This document shows, piece after piece, positions 18,323 to 28,854 of a DNA stretch of 32,000 nucleotides; position 1 is the first letter of the stretch, and every line of letters begins with the position of its first letter. The translations under genes and the position numbers were made by a program. Location: positions 30,001 through 62,000 of the forward strand of contig NZ_CP069383.1 of assembly GCF_017656055.1 (NCBI RefSeq), read 5' to 3'. Under the pieces are notes generated by a model. That model did not search any database. It worked only from the letters and a program-made list of their open reading frames with translations, and was not told the DNA's origin. This DNA is from Candidatus Saccharimonadota bacterium (GTDB lineage: Bacteria > Pseudomonadota > Gammaproteobacteria > Enterobacterales > Enterobacteriaceae).

Positions 18323-19307
18323 AATATATATTATATTTATTTCATTTATATTAAATTTTATATTAAATAAATTATTAATATTTATATTTAGTAAATATAA
18401 TATATTTCAAAACATAAGATATGAAGGTCCTAAAAGTCATTTTAAAAAAAAATATACACCTACAATGTCTGGTATTAATATTTTTATAATGATTTTTTTT
18501 CATTATTATTTTTTTTTAAAAAAAAATAATATTTATTTAAATACTATAATATTATTATATTTTTTAAATTTTTTAATAGGTTTTTTAGATGATATTTTAA
18601 AAATAGTAAAAAAAAATTCTAATATAATAAAATTAAAACATAAGATTATTTTACAATTCTTAATATATAATATAATTATATTTTTTAATAAAAAAATATT
18701 ATATAAAAATATAATAAATATTCCATTTTTAAATATAAAATTTTATACTAATAAAATAATAAATTATTTTTTTTATTTTATTATTATAAATGGATTTTGT
18801 AATTCTGTTAATATAACAGATGGATTAGATGGTTTAGTTTCATTTCCTTTAATATTAATATATATAATACTAATTTTAATTTTATATTTAAGTATTTATA
18901 ATAATAGTTTTAGTTTAATTCATAAATTATTTTTTATTGATTTAATAAGTATTTTTATGAATATAATTGGATGTTTATTATCATTTTTATGGTTTAATTC
19001 ATATCCAGCAAATATATTTTTAGGTGATGTAGGATCATTACCATTAGGTTCCATAATAGGTTTTTCATTTATAATTTTAAATAAAGAATTATTATCAATA
19101 GTACCTTGTTTCTTATTATTTATAGAATCAATGTCTACTATTATACAAATTTTTACATATAATTTTTTTAATAAATTTAGATTTTTTTTAATGGCTCCTA
19201 TACATCATCATTATGAATTAAAAAATATTCATGAAAATAAAATAGTAGTTAGATTTTGGATATTATCAATTCTTTTATTTTTATTATCTTTAATTTTAAT
19301 AATTTAA
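18306..19307 (+). CDS. mraY: Phospho-MurNAc-pentapeptide translocase
   Basis: 333 aa polytopic. GP.SH..K..TPTMSG, GFLDD, NITDGLDGL, GDVGSLPLG, MAPIHHHYELK..E..IVVRFW. Catalytic Asp/His motifs intact. 17-nt overlap with murF. Confidence 0.9.
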   Translation: MNIINKIYIIFISFILNFILNKLLIFIFSKYNIFQNIRYEGPKSHFKKKYTPTMSGINIFIMIFFHYYFFLKKNNIYLNTIILLYFLNFLIGFLDDILKIVKKNSNIIKLKHKIILQFLIYNIIIFFNKKILYKNIINIPFLNIKFYTNKIINYFFYFIIINGFCNSVNITDGLDGLVSFPLILIYIILILILYLSIYNNSFSLIHKLFFIDLISIFMNIIGCLLSFLWFNSYPANIFLGDVGSLPLGSIIGFSFIILNKELLSIVPCFLLFIESMSTIIQIFTYNFFNKFRFFLMAPIHHHYELKNIHENKIVVRFWILSILLFLLSLILII

Positions 19308-19321
19308 AATAATTTAAAAAT

Positions 19322-20677
19322 ATGTTTAAAAATTCTAAGAATATAACTTTAATAGGTATAGGTTTAAGCAATTTATTTTGCTTAAAATATTTAAATATTA
19401 TAAATAAAAAATTTAATATAAATATAATAGATAAAAATGAAAATCCTAAATTTTTATCAAATACTACTAGTATAGTAAATGAAATATATAAAAAAAATAT
19501 AAAATTATATTTTGGTAATAAAAATACTAAGCTTATAAATAATATTATTTATAATTCAGATTATGTAATAATTAGTCCATCTATAAATAAAAATAATTAT
19601 AATGTTAATACTTTAAAAGTAATAAATGATTTTGATATATTTTTTAGTTTAATTAAAGATTTTAAAAAAATAATTTTAGTTACAGGTACTAATGGTAAAA
19701 GTACAATAGTTTATATTATATATAAAATATTGATAAATTGTAAATTTAAAGTTTTTATTGGAGGAAATATAGGAGTTCCTATATTATATTCTTTATATAA
19801 AAAATATGATTACTATATAATAGAATTATCTAGTTTTCAAATAGAAAATATAAGTTTTAAATATAAAAATTTAATTTCTATTATATCTAATATAGATTTT
19901 GATCATTTAGATAGACATATAAATTTTGAAATATATAAAGATATAAAATTAAAAATATTCGATAGTAGTTTATATTGTTTATTTAACATAAAAAATTTAA
20001 AATATATAAAAAAAAAAATAGATAAAAAATATATAACTTTTGGTTTTAAAAATAGTTTTTATAATATAAAAAAAATAGATAATAATTTTTATTTATATAA
20101 AAATGATAAATTAATAATTAATTGTAATAAATTAAAAATAATAGGTATAAATAATTATATAAATATATTATCAGCTATAGCAGCAACTGATATTTTGAAT
20201 GTTAATAAAAAAATTCAGATAGATACAATAAAAAAAATTAAAAATTTAAAATATAGATATAATGTAAGAAAAATAAACAATAATATATGGATAAATGATT
20301 CTAAATCTACAAATTTACATAGTACTATATCAGCTATAAATAATACTAAAAATATATTTAAGTTTAATAATATACATTTAATATTAGGTGGAGATAGAAA
20401 AAATATTAATTTTGTAAAAATATTGAAATATTTAAATAAAAATTTTATAGTATATTGTTTTGGAAAAGATAGATTTTATATAAATAATATAATTAAAAAT
20501 TCATATATTTTTTATAAACTTGAAATGTTATTTTATTTTTTAATAAATAAAATAAAATGTAATGATATAATTTTATTTTCACCTGGATGTTCCAGTTTAG
20601 ATCAATATTTAAATTTTATGCATAGAGGATATTCATTTAATTCATTAATTGAAAGTTATTTTTTCAATGATAAATAA
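19322..20677 (+). CDS. murD: UDP-MurNAc-L-Ala:D-Glu ligase
   Basis: 451 aa. P-loop ILVTGTNGKSTI, DFDHLDRH, INDSKSTN, SPGCSSLDQY..F..RG. Expected dcw position. Confidence 0.85.
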   Translation: MFKNSKNITLIGIGLSNLFCLKYLNIINKKFNINIIDKNENPKFLSNTTSIVNEIYKKNIKLYFGNKNTKLINNIIYNSDYVIISPSINKNNYNVNTLKVINDFDIFFSLIKDFKKIILVTGTNGKSTIVYIIYKILINCKFKVFIGGNIGVPILYSLYKKYDYYIIELSSFQIENISFKYKNLISIISNIDFDHLDRHINFEIYKDIKLKIFDSSLYCLFNIKNLKYIKKKIDKKYITFGFKNSFYNIKKIDNNFYLYKNDKLIINCNKLKIIGINNYINILSAIAATDILNVNKKIQIDTIKKIKNLKYRYNVRKINNNIWINDSKSTNLHSTISAINNTKNIFKFNNIHLILGGDRKNINFVKILKYLNKNFIVYCFGKDRFYINNIIKNSYIFYKLEMLFYFLINKIKCNDIILFSPGCSSLDQYLNFMHRGYSFNSLIESYFFNDK

Positions 20678-21764
20678 AAATATTATTATAATAACAGGTG
20701 GTAGTTTAGGACATATAATACCAGGAATAATTATAGGTAATTTATTAATAAAAAAAAAATATAATATATATTGGATATTAAATAATAAAGAAGAAAAAAT
20801 ATATATAAAAAAATATAACACTAATATAAATGTTATAATTATAAAATTATTTAAAAAAAAAAAAAAAAATATATTTTTTATATTAAACTTTTTTGTATAT
20901 ATTTTTTTTATAATATCTTATATATTAAAATGTTTATATATTTTATTTAATATAAAACCTATATTTATTTTGTGTTTAGGAAATATGTCTATATTTCTAT
21001 GTATATTATCATGGATTATTAATATTCCAATAATAATACATGAACAAAATTCTATATTAGGAAGATCTAATTATATAGTAAATTTTATATCTAAAAAAAC
21101 TATAAAATCAATAAGATATAATTATTATTATGATAATAATTTTATTATAATAAAAAATCCTATTAGAGAAGAATTTAATAATTATAAATATAATAATAAA
21201 AATTATAATAGTAATATTTTAAAAATATTAATTTTGGGAGGCAGTAAAGGATCTAAATTTATAAATTTTAATATTTTAAAGTTTATTTCTTTAATAAAAA
21301 ATAATAATTTATTAATATGGCATCAAATAGGAAATGAATATATTGATGTAATTATTAATGAATATAAAAAATATAATTTATTAAATAGTTTATATAAAAT
21401 TGATAATTTGATATATAATATTAGTTATGCTTATTATTGGACTGATTTTGTAATATCTAGATGTGGTGCTATGTCAATAAGTGAAATAATTTATACTAAA
21501 ACACCTTCTATTTTAATACCTTTAGAAACTAAAGATAATCATCAATATTATAATACATTTTTTTTGAGAAAAAATAATTTTTCAAAAGTTGTTATAGAAA
21601 AGGATTTAAATTTTAATTCTAAATTAGAATATTATATTAAATTATTTAGTAATAAAAAGTACTTATTATTTATTAATAAAGAAATGAAAAAAAAAATAAA
21701 ATATAATATTAAAAAAATAAATAAAAAATTTTTAATTGAATTAAATAATGAGTTTAAATATTAA
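20667..21764 (+). CDS. murG: UDP-GlcNAc:lipid I GlcNAc transferase
   Basis: ITGGSLGHIIPG (E. coli AGGTGGHVFPG), IIIHEQNSILG (VVLHEQNGIAG), ILILGGSKGS, ISRCGAMSISE, HQYYN. The ORF track starts at TTG 20649; I prefer ATG 20667 (MINKNIII...), which overlaps murD by 11 nt. Confidence 0.85.
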   Translation: MINKNIIIITGGSLGHIIPGIIIGNLLIKKKYNIYWILNNKEEKIYIKKYNTNINVIIIKLFKKKKKNIFFILNFFVYIFFIISYILKCLYILFNIKPIFILCLGNMSIFLCILSWIINIPIIIHEQNSILGRSNYIVNFISKKTIKSIRYNYYYDNNFIIIKNPIREEFNNYKYNNKNYNSNILKILILGGSKGSKFINFNILKFISLIKNNNLLIWHQIGNEYIDVIINEYKKYNLLNSLYKIDNLIYNISYAYYWTDFVISRCGAMSISEIIYTKTPSILIPLETKDNHQYYNTFFLRKNNFSKVVIEKDLNFNSKLEYYIKLFSNKKYLLFINKEMKKKIKYNIKKINKKFLIELNNEFKY

Positions 21765-23199
21765 CAAAATTAAAAATATACATTTTATAGGAATAGGAGG
21801 TTTATTTATTAGTTCAATACCATTTTTCTTTTTAAATATAAATAAAAATATTAATATTACTGGTTCTGATATTGGTAATAATGAAATAATAAAATATTTA
21901 AAAAAAAATAATATAAAGGTTTATAATAAACATGATTCAAGTAATATAAATAATAATATTGATTTTATTATTTATTCAAACTCTATAAAAAATAATAATC
22001 CTGAAATTTTAAAAGCTAAAAAATTAAATATACCGATATATAATAAAAAGTATATTATAAAATATATATCTAATTTTTATAAAAATGTTATATCAATAAG
22101 TGGTTCTCATGGAAAAACTACAATATCTTGCATAATTGTATATATATTAAATAATTTAAATATAAATTTTAGTTATATTATAGGTGGTTTTTTATTAAAT
22201 GAAAAAAAAAATTTTAATTTTTGTAATGATAAAAATATTATTGTATTAGAATCTGATGAAAGTGATTTAACATTTGAAAATGTAAAATGTAAATATTTTG
22301 TGTTAAATAATATAGATAATGATCATATTAATAATTATAAAAATAATATTAATAATATTATAAATAGTTTTATAAAATATATAAATTGTAATAATAAAAT
22401 GTTAACTTTTTTAAATTTAGATGATTTTTTAATAAAAAAAATAATAAATAAAATTAGTAATAAATTTATTACTTATGGATTTAATAAAAAATCAGATTTT
22501 ATAATTTATGATTATAAAATTAACTATAATAATAATATATTTACTATTTTAAATAAAATAGATAATTGTTATTATAACATATTTGTAAGTAATTGTTTTG
22601 GTAAATTTAATTCTATAAATATTACAGCAGTAATATCTTTATTATATTTTATAAAAAAAAATATAGTATTTATTTCTATGTATGAAGCTATATTAAATTT
22701 AAAAAAATTTTGTGGAATAAAAAGAAGATTTGAAATATTAAATAATTTATTTTTTATTGATAAATTAAATAATAAAATAAATAATATTTTATTAATTACA
22801 GATTATGGTCACCATCCAAAAGAAATATATAACATTATATATAATGTTAAATTAATATATAATAAGAAAATAATAATGATTTTTCAACCACATAGATATA
22901 GTAGAACTTATTTATTATTTAACAATTTTATAAAAGTATTATTAAATGTAAATATATTGATAATATTGGATATATATCCAGCATTTGAAAAAAATATATA
23001 TAATATAAGTAGTTATAATATATATTATATTTTAAAAAAAATAAATAAAAATAAAGTTTTTTATGTTAAAAATAATAATATAAATAATATCATATATATA
23101 ATAAAAAAAAATATTAATAGTAATAACTATATTATAATAGTTCAAGGAGCTGGTTCTATAAGTAATTATATTAGTAATTTATTTAAAAAAAATGAATGA
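21748..23199 (+). CDS. murC: UDP-MurNAc:L-Ala ligase
   Basis: 483 aa. IHFIGIGG, P-loop ISISGSHGKTT, DYGHHP.E, FQPHRYSRT. Ends in TGA. 17-nt overlap with murG. Confidence 0.85.
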   Translation: MSLNINKIKNIHFIGIGGLFISSIPFFFLNINKNINITGSDIGNNEIIKYLKKNNIKVYNKHDSSNINNNIDFIIYSNSIKNNNPEILKAKKLNIPIYNKKYIIKYISNFYKNVISISGSHGKTTISCIIVYILNNLNINFSYIIGGFLLNEKKNFNFCNDKNIIVLESDESDLTFENVKCKYFVLNNIDNDHINNYKNNINNIINSFIKYINCNNKMLTFLNLDDFLIKKIINKISNKFITYGFNKKSDFIIYDYKINYNNNIFTILNKIDNCYYNIFVSNCFGKFNSINITAVISLLYFIKKNIVFISMYEAILNLKKFCGIKRRFEILNNLFFIDKLNNKINNILLITDYGHHPKEIYNIIYNVKLIYNKKIIMIFQPHRYSRTYLLFNNFIKVLLNVNILIILDIYPAFEKNIYNISSYNIYYILKKINKNKVFYVKNNNINNIIYIIKKNINSNNYIIIVQGAGSISNYISNLFKKNE

Positions 23200-24334
23200 T
23201 ATAATTTCAACTATAAATATTGACGATGATAAAATTATTATTACTATAAGTAATAAAAAATATAATAATATTAATATATTAAGTTTAGGTATAAAAAAGC
23301 ATAATAATATTTTTAATAAAAATATTATTAATAATAATATAATATTTAAAAAAATAAATGAATCTATATTACAATCTAGTATTTTATATAAATATAATTT
23401 TGAAAATATATATTTAATGATATCTAATTTAAATATAAAATTATATAATATGTTTATAGATGAAAATATAGATAATAAAATTATAGATAATAATTTATTA
23501 ATAAATATTATAAAAAATAATATATATTATATAAATATAATTAAATATAATTTTATATTACATATTTTACCAAGTAGTTATATTATTGATAATATATGTA
23601 TATCTAATCCTATTGGTTTATATGGAAAAAAAATTAAAATAAGTTTAATTTTTATATATTGTAATAAAATTTATGTTAAAAATATATTAAAATTTATAAA
23701 CAAAAAAATAAGATATAATATTAAAAAAATAATATATATTGGATTATCATCATTTTATTCATTAATAAGTAAAAAAGATATTCTTGATAATTTTATATTT
23801 ATAGATATAAAATTATATAATACTCATGTTTTTATATATTATAAAGGTTTTATAAAAAATATAAAAATATTAGAAATTGGAGAAGAATATATATATAATT
23901 ATATATCATTATTTTTTAATTTAAATTTTACTAAATCAAAATTTTTAGTAAATAAAATTATAAAAAATTATATATATAATAATAAAGAAAAAAATATATA
24001 TATAAATATTTATAATAAAAAATTAAATTTGTATAAATTTTTTTTATTAATAAAAAAAAAATATATTGAATTATTATATAGTATAAATAATAAAATAAAT
24101 AATAAAAATAAAATAAATAAAAATAATAATATTATTATAAATAATATTATAATAAATAGTAATTTAATAAAAATAAAAAGTATTTTTAATGATATAAAAA
24201 AAAAATTTAAAAATAAAAATATAAAAATAAATTTATTAGATTATAATAATATAATTGGTTTAAAAAATATTTTAGAAAAAGAAAAATTATATTCAATTAT
24301 TGGTTTATTAAAATATATAAATAATTTATATTAA
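23192..24334 (+). CDS. ftsA: FtsA-family protein, divergent (nucleotide-binding loops degenerate, C-terminal membrane-targeting helix absent)
   Basis: 380 aa, collinear with E. coli FtsA. ILHILPSSYIIDN...NPIGLYG vs VLHVIPQEYAIDY...NPVGLSG; IYIGLSSFYSLIS vs IFAGLASSYSVLT; KYIELL vs RYTELL; YSIIGLLKY vs YSTAVGLLHY. Syntenic position after murC. 8-nt overlap with murC. Confidence 0.7.
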   Translation: MNDIISTINIDDDKIIITISNKKYNNINILSLGIKKHNNIFNKNIINNNIIFKKINESILQSSILYKYNFENIYLMISNLNIKLYNMFIDENIDNKIIDNNLLINIIKNNIYYINIIKYNFILHILPSSYIIDNICISNPIGLYGKKIKISLIFIYCNKIYVKNILKFINKKIRYNIKKIIYIGLSSFYSLISKKDILDNFIFIDIKLYNTHVFIYYKGFIKNIKILEIGEEYIYNYISLFFNLNFTKSKFLVNKIIKNYIYNNKEKNIYINIYNKKLNLYKFFLLIKKKYIELLYSINNKINNKNKINKNNNIIINNIIINSNLIKIKSIFNDIKKKFKNKNIKINLLDYNNIIGLKNILEKEKLYSIIGLLKYINNLY

Positions 24335-24364
24335 AATTATATTAATTTTTAAAAAAAAAAGAAT

Positions 24365-26800
24365 ATGTTTTTTATAAATAAAATAATTAATATATTAAAT
24401 TTAAATAATTATAATAATAATTATTATTTAAAAAATAAATTTAATAATATTTTAAATTCAATTAATTTATATGATAAAAAAATAATAAATTTTGATAATA
24501 AAGAATTAAAAAATAAAACTATAGAATTTAAAAAAAGAATTAGAAGTGGAGAAAATTTAGATACTATAATAGTTGAAGCATTTTCAGTTGTAAAAGAAGC
24601 AGTTAGAAGAATATATGGTATAAAATATTATGATGTACAAATTTTAGGTGGTCTTGCATTAAATTATGGATGTGTAATAGAAATGTCAACTGGTGAAGGT
24701 AAAACTTTAACATCAGTATTACCTGCATATTTAAATTCATTAACAGGAGATGGAGTTCATATAGTTACTATAAATGAATATTTAGCTAAAAGAGATTTTA
24801 ATAGTAATAAAAAAATATTTAATTTTTTAGGTTTAAGTGTGGGATTAAATATATCAAATATAAATACATTTGAAAAGATTAAAGAATATAATAATGATAT
24901 TGTTTATGGTACAAATAATGAATTTTGTTTTGATTATTTAAAAGATAATTTAGTTTTAAATATTAAAAATAAAGTGCAAAATAAATTAAATTATGTAATT
25001 ATAGATGAAATAGATTCTATATTAATAGATGAATCTATAACTCCATTAATAATTTCAGGCAAAAGTATAGATGATTCCACAATATATAAAAATATAAATA
25101 AATTTATATATTTGTTTGATATAAATAATACATTAAATAATAAGTTTTATAAAATAGATTTTTTAAATAAAAATATATATTATACAAGTTTAGGTTATAA
25201 TTTAATAGAAGATATAATATTTAATTTAAAATTAATAAATAATAAAAAAAAACTTTATTATAAAAATAATATAATTTTTATAAAATATGTAACATCTTTA
25301 ATAAAATCTTACTTATTTTTTAAAAAGAATATAGATTATATAATAAAAAATAATAAAATTATATTAATAGATCAAAATACAGGTAGATTATGTAAAAATA
25401 AAAGAATATCAGATGGTATACATCAAGCTATAGAAGCAAAAGAAAATGTAAAAATATTAGAAGAAAATATAAATATAGCTTCAATAACATTTCAAAATTA
25501 TTTTAAATTATATAAAAAAATATCAGGTATGACTGGAACAGCATATACAGAGAAAGAAGAATTTAAATATATATATGGATTAAATACTATTAAAATTCCT
25601 TCAAATAAACCATTAATAAGAAAAGATTTAAATGATATATTTTTTATAAATGAAGAATCTAAAATTAAATATATAATAAATGATATAAAAAAATGTATTA
25701 AAAAAAATAGACCTGTATTAATAGGAACTATTTCTATAGAAAAATCAGAACTAATATCTTTATATTTAAAAAAAAATAATATACCTCACAATTTATTAAA
25801 TGCCAAAAATTATGAAATAGAAGCAAAAATAATATCTAAGGTTGGAAAACCAGGTAATGTAACAATAGCAACTAATATTGCTGGAAGAGGTACTGATATA
25901 ATATTAGGAGGAGATTATAATCTATTTAATAGAAATATATGGATTAAAAATAATAATATTGTTAAAAAATCAGGAGGTTTATATATAATAGGTACAGAAA
26001 GATTTGATTCAAGAAGAATTGATAATCAATTAATAGGTAGATCTGGCAGACAAGGTGATCCAGGATCATCAAGATTTTATTTATCATTAGAAGATAAATT
26101 ATTTAGTAAAATTATAAATAATAATATAAAAAACATTATTAATAATATTAAAGATAATAAAAAATTTTTTATAAAAAATAAATTTATATCAAAAATGATA
26201 TATAATATACAAAAAAGTATAGAAAAGAAAAATTTTCAATTAAGAAAACAAATTTTAATATATGATAATATTTTTGATATACAAAGAAATATAATATATA
26301 AAATAAGAAATTATATATTATGTAATTGTATATATAATATGTATAAAAAATTTAAATTATTTTTTATATTAAAAATTTTAAAAAAATATATCAATAAAAA
26401 ATCATATAATATAGATAAATTATTAATTTTTATTAAAAAAAAATTTAATATAAATATAAAAAGAAAGTATAAATATGTATTATATAAAAATAATATATTT
26501 AGTATAAAATATATAATTTTTATAATAAATAAAAAATTTAATAAATTTGAAAAAAAAATAAATTATAGAACTTTAATTATAATAATAAGAAATAATTTAT
26601 TAAAAATATTAGATTTAATATGGATAAATCATATAAATAATATAAATAATTTACAACAAAATATTTATTTAAAAATTTATGCTAATAAAGATCCTTATCA
26701 AGAATATATATTAAATTCTTTTTTATTATTTAATAAAATGATAAATAAATGGAAATATAAAAGTATATTTAAAATATTTAATATAATTAAAAATATATAA
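24365..26800 (+). CDS. secA: Preprotein translocase ATPase SecA (C-terminally short)
   Basis: 811 aa. YDVQILGG, EMSTGEGKTL (Walker A), VHIVTINEYLAKRD, VIIDEIDSILIDE (DEAD-like), GMTGTA, ATNIAGRGTDI, GRSGRQGDPGSS. Terminal gene of the dcw region, as in E. coli. Confidence 0.95.
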   Translation: MFFINKIINILNLNNYNNNYYLKNKFNNILNSINLYDKKIINFDNKELKNKTIEFKKRIRSGENLDTIIVEAFSVVKEAVRRIYGIKYYDVQILGGLALNYGCVIEMSTGEGKTLTSVLPAYLNSLTGDGVHIVTINEYLAKRDFNSNKKIFNFLGLSVGLNISNINTFEKIKEYNNDIVYGTNNEFCFDYLKDNLVLNIKNKVQNKLNYVIIDEIDSILIDESITPLIISGKSIDDSTIYKNINKFIYLFDINNTLNNKFYKIDFLNKNIYYTSLGYNLIEDIIFNLKLINNKKKLYYKNNIIFIKYVTSLIKSYLFFKKNIDYIIKNNKIILIDQNTGRLCKNKRISDGIHQAIEAKENVKILEENINIASITFQNYFKLYKKISGMTGTAYTEKEEFKYIYGLNTIKIPSNKPLIRKDLNDIFFINEESKIKYIINDIKKCIKKNRPVLIGTISIEKSELISLYLKKNNIPHNLLNAKNYEIEAKIISKVGKPGNVTIATNIAGRGTDIILGGDYNLFNRNIWIKNNNIVKKSGGLYIIGTERFDSRRIDNQLIGRSGRQGDPGSSRFYLSLEDKLFSKIINNNIKNIINNIKDNKKFFIKNKFISKMIYNIQKSIEKKNFQLRKQILIYDNIFDIQRNIIYKIRNYILCNCIYNMYKKFKLFFILKILKKYINKKSYNIDKLLIFIKKKFNINIKRKYKYVLYKNNIFSIKYIIFIINKKFNKFEKKINYRTLIIIIRNNLLKILDLIWINHINNINNLQQNIYLKIYANKDPYQEYILNSFLLFNKMINKWKYKSIFKIFNIIKNI

Positions 26801-26843
26801 TTTTTTTTATTGCATTTTAAAATTAAAAATGCAATAAAAAAAA
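26801..26843. terminator. Candidate bidirectional terminator between convergent secA and groEL
   Basis: Perfect 18-bp inverted repeat TTTTTTTTATTGCATTTT (26801-26818) / AAAATGCAATAAAAAAAA (26826-26843) with 7-nt loop AAAATTA. It starts the base after the secA stop and ends 1 nt before the groEL stop. Confidence 0.55.
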
Positions 26844-26844
26844 A

Positions 26845-28499
<1,655 letters not shown>

Positions 28500-28523
28500 A
28501 TAAATTTTTTATTTAAGATAATT

Positions 28524-28814
28524 TTATTCCTTTATTATAGCTAAAATATCACTTTCAGATAGTATTAAAAATTCTTCATTATTTATTTTTTCTACTTTTA
28601 TTCCATAATTATCATTAAATATTACTATATCCCCGACTTTAACTTCTATAGGTTTAATATTTCCATTTTCCATGTATTTACCTTTTCCTATTGCTATAAC
28701 TTCACCTCTATTTGATTTTTCATATGAATTTGTTAATACTATTCCACCTGGTGATTTAGGTTCTATATTAATTTTTTTTAATACTACTTTATCATTTAAT
28801 GGATATATATTCAT
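28524..28814 (-). CDS. groES: Co-chaperonin GroES (Cpn10)
   Basis: 96 aa from the internal Met. [14 protein letters not shown]...KSPGGIVLT...RGEVIAIG.G....[41 protein letters not shown] aligns end to end with E. coli GroES (MNIRPLHDRVIVKR...). The ORF-track start at 28883 adds 23 non-homologous residues. Confidence 0.95.
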   Translation of the reverse strand: MNIYPLNDKVVLKKINIEPKSPGGIVLTNSYEKSNRGEVIAIGKGKYMENGNIKPIEVKVGDIVIFNDNYGIKVEKINNEEFLILSESDILAIIKE

Positions 28815-28854
28815 AATTGTATTGAAAAATATTGTAATTAATTTTATATTAATA

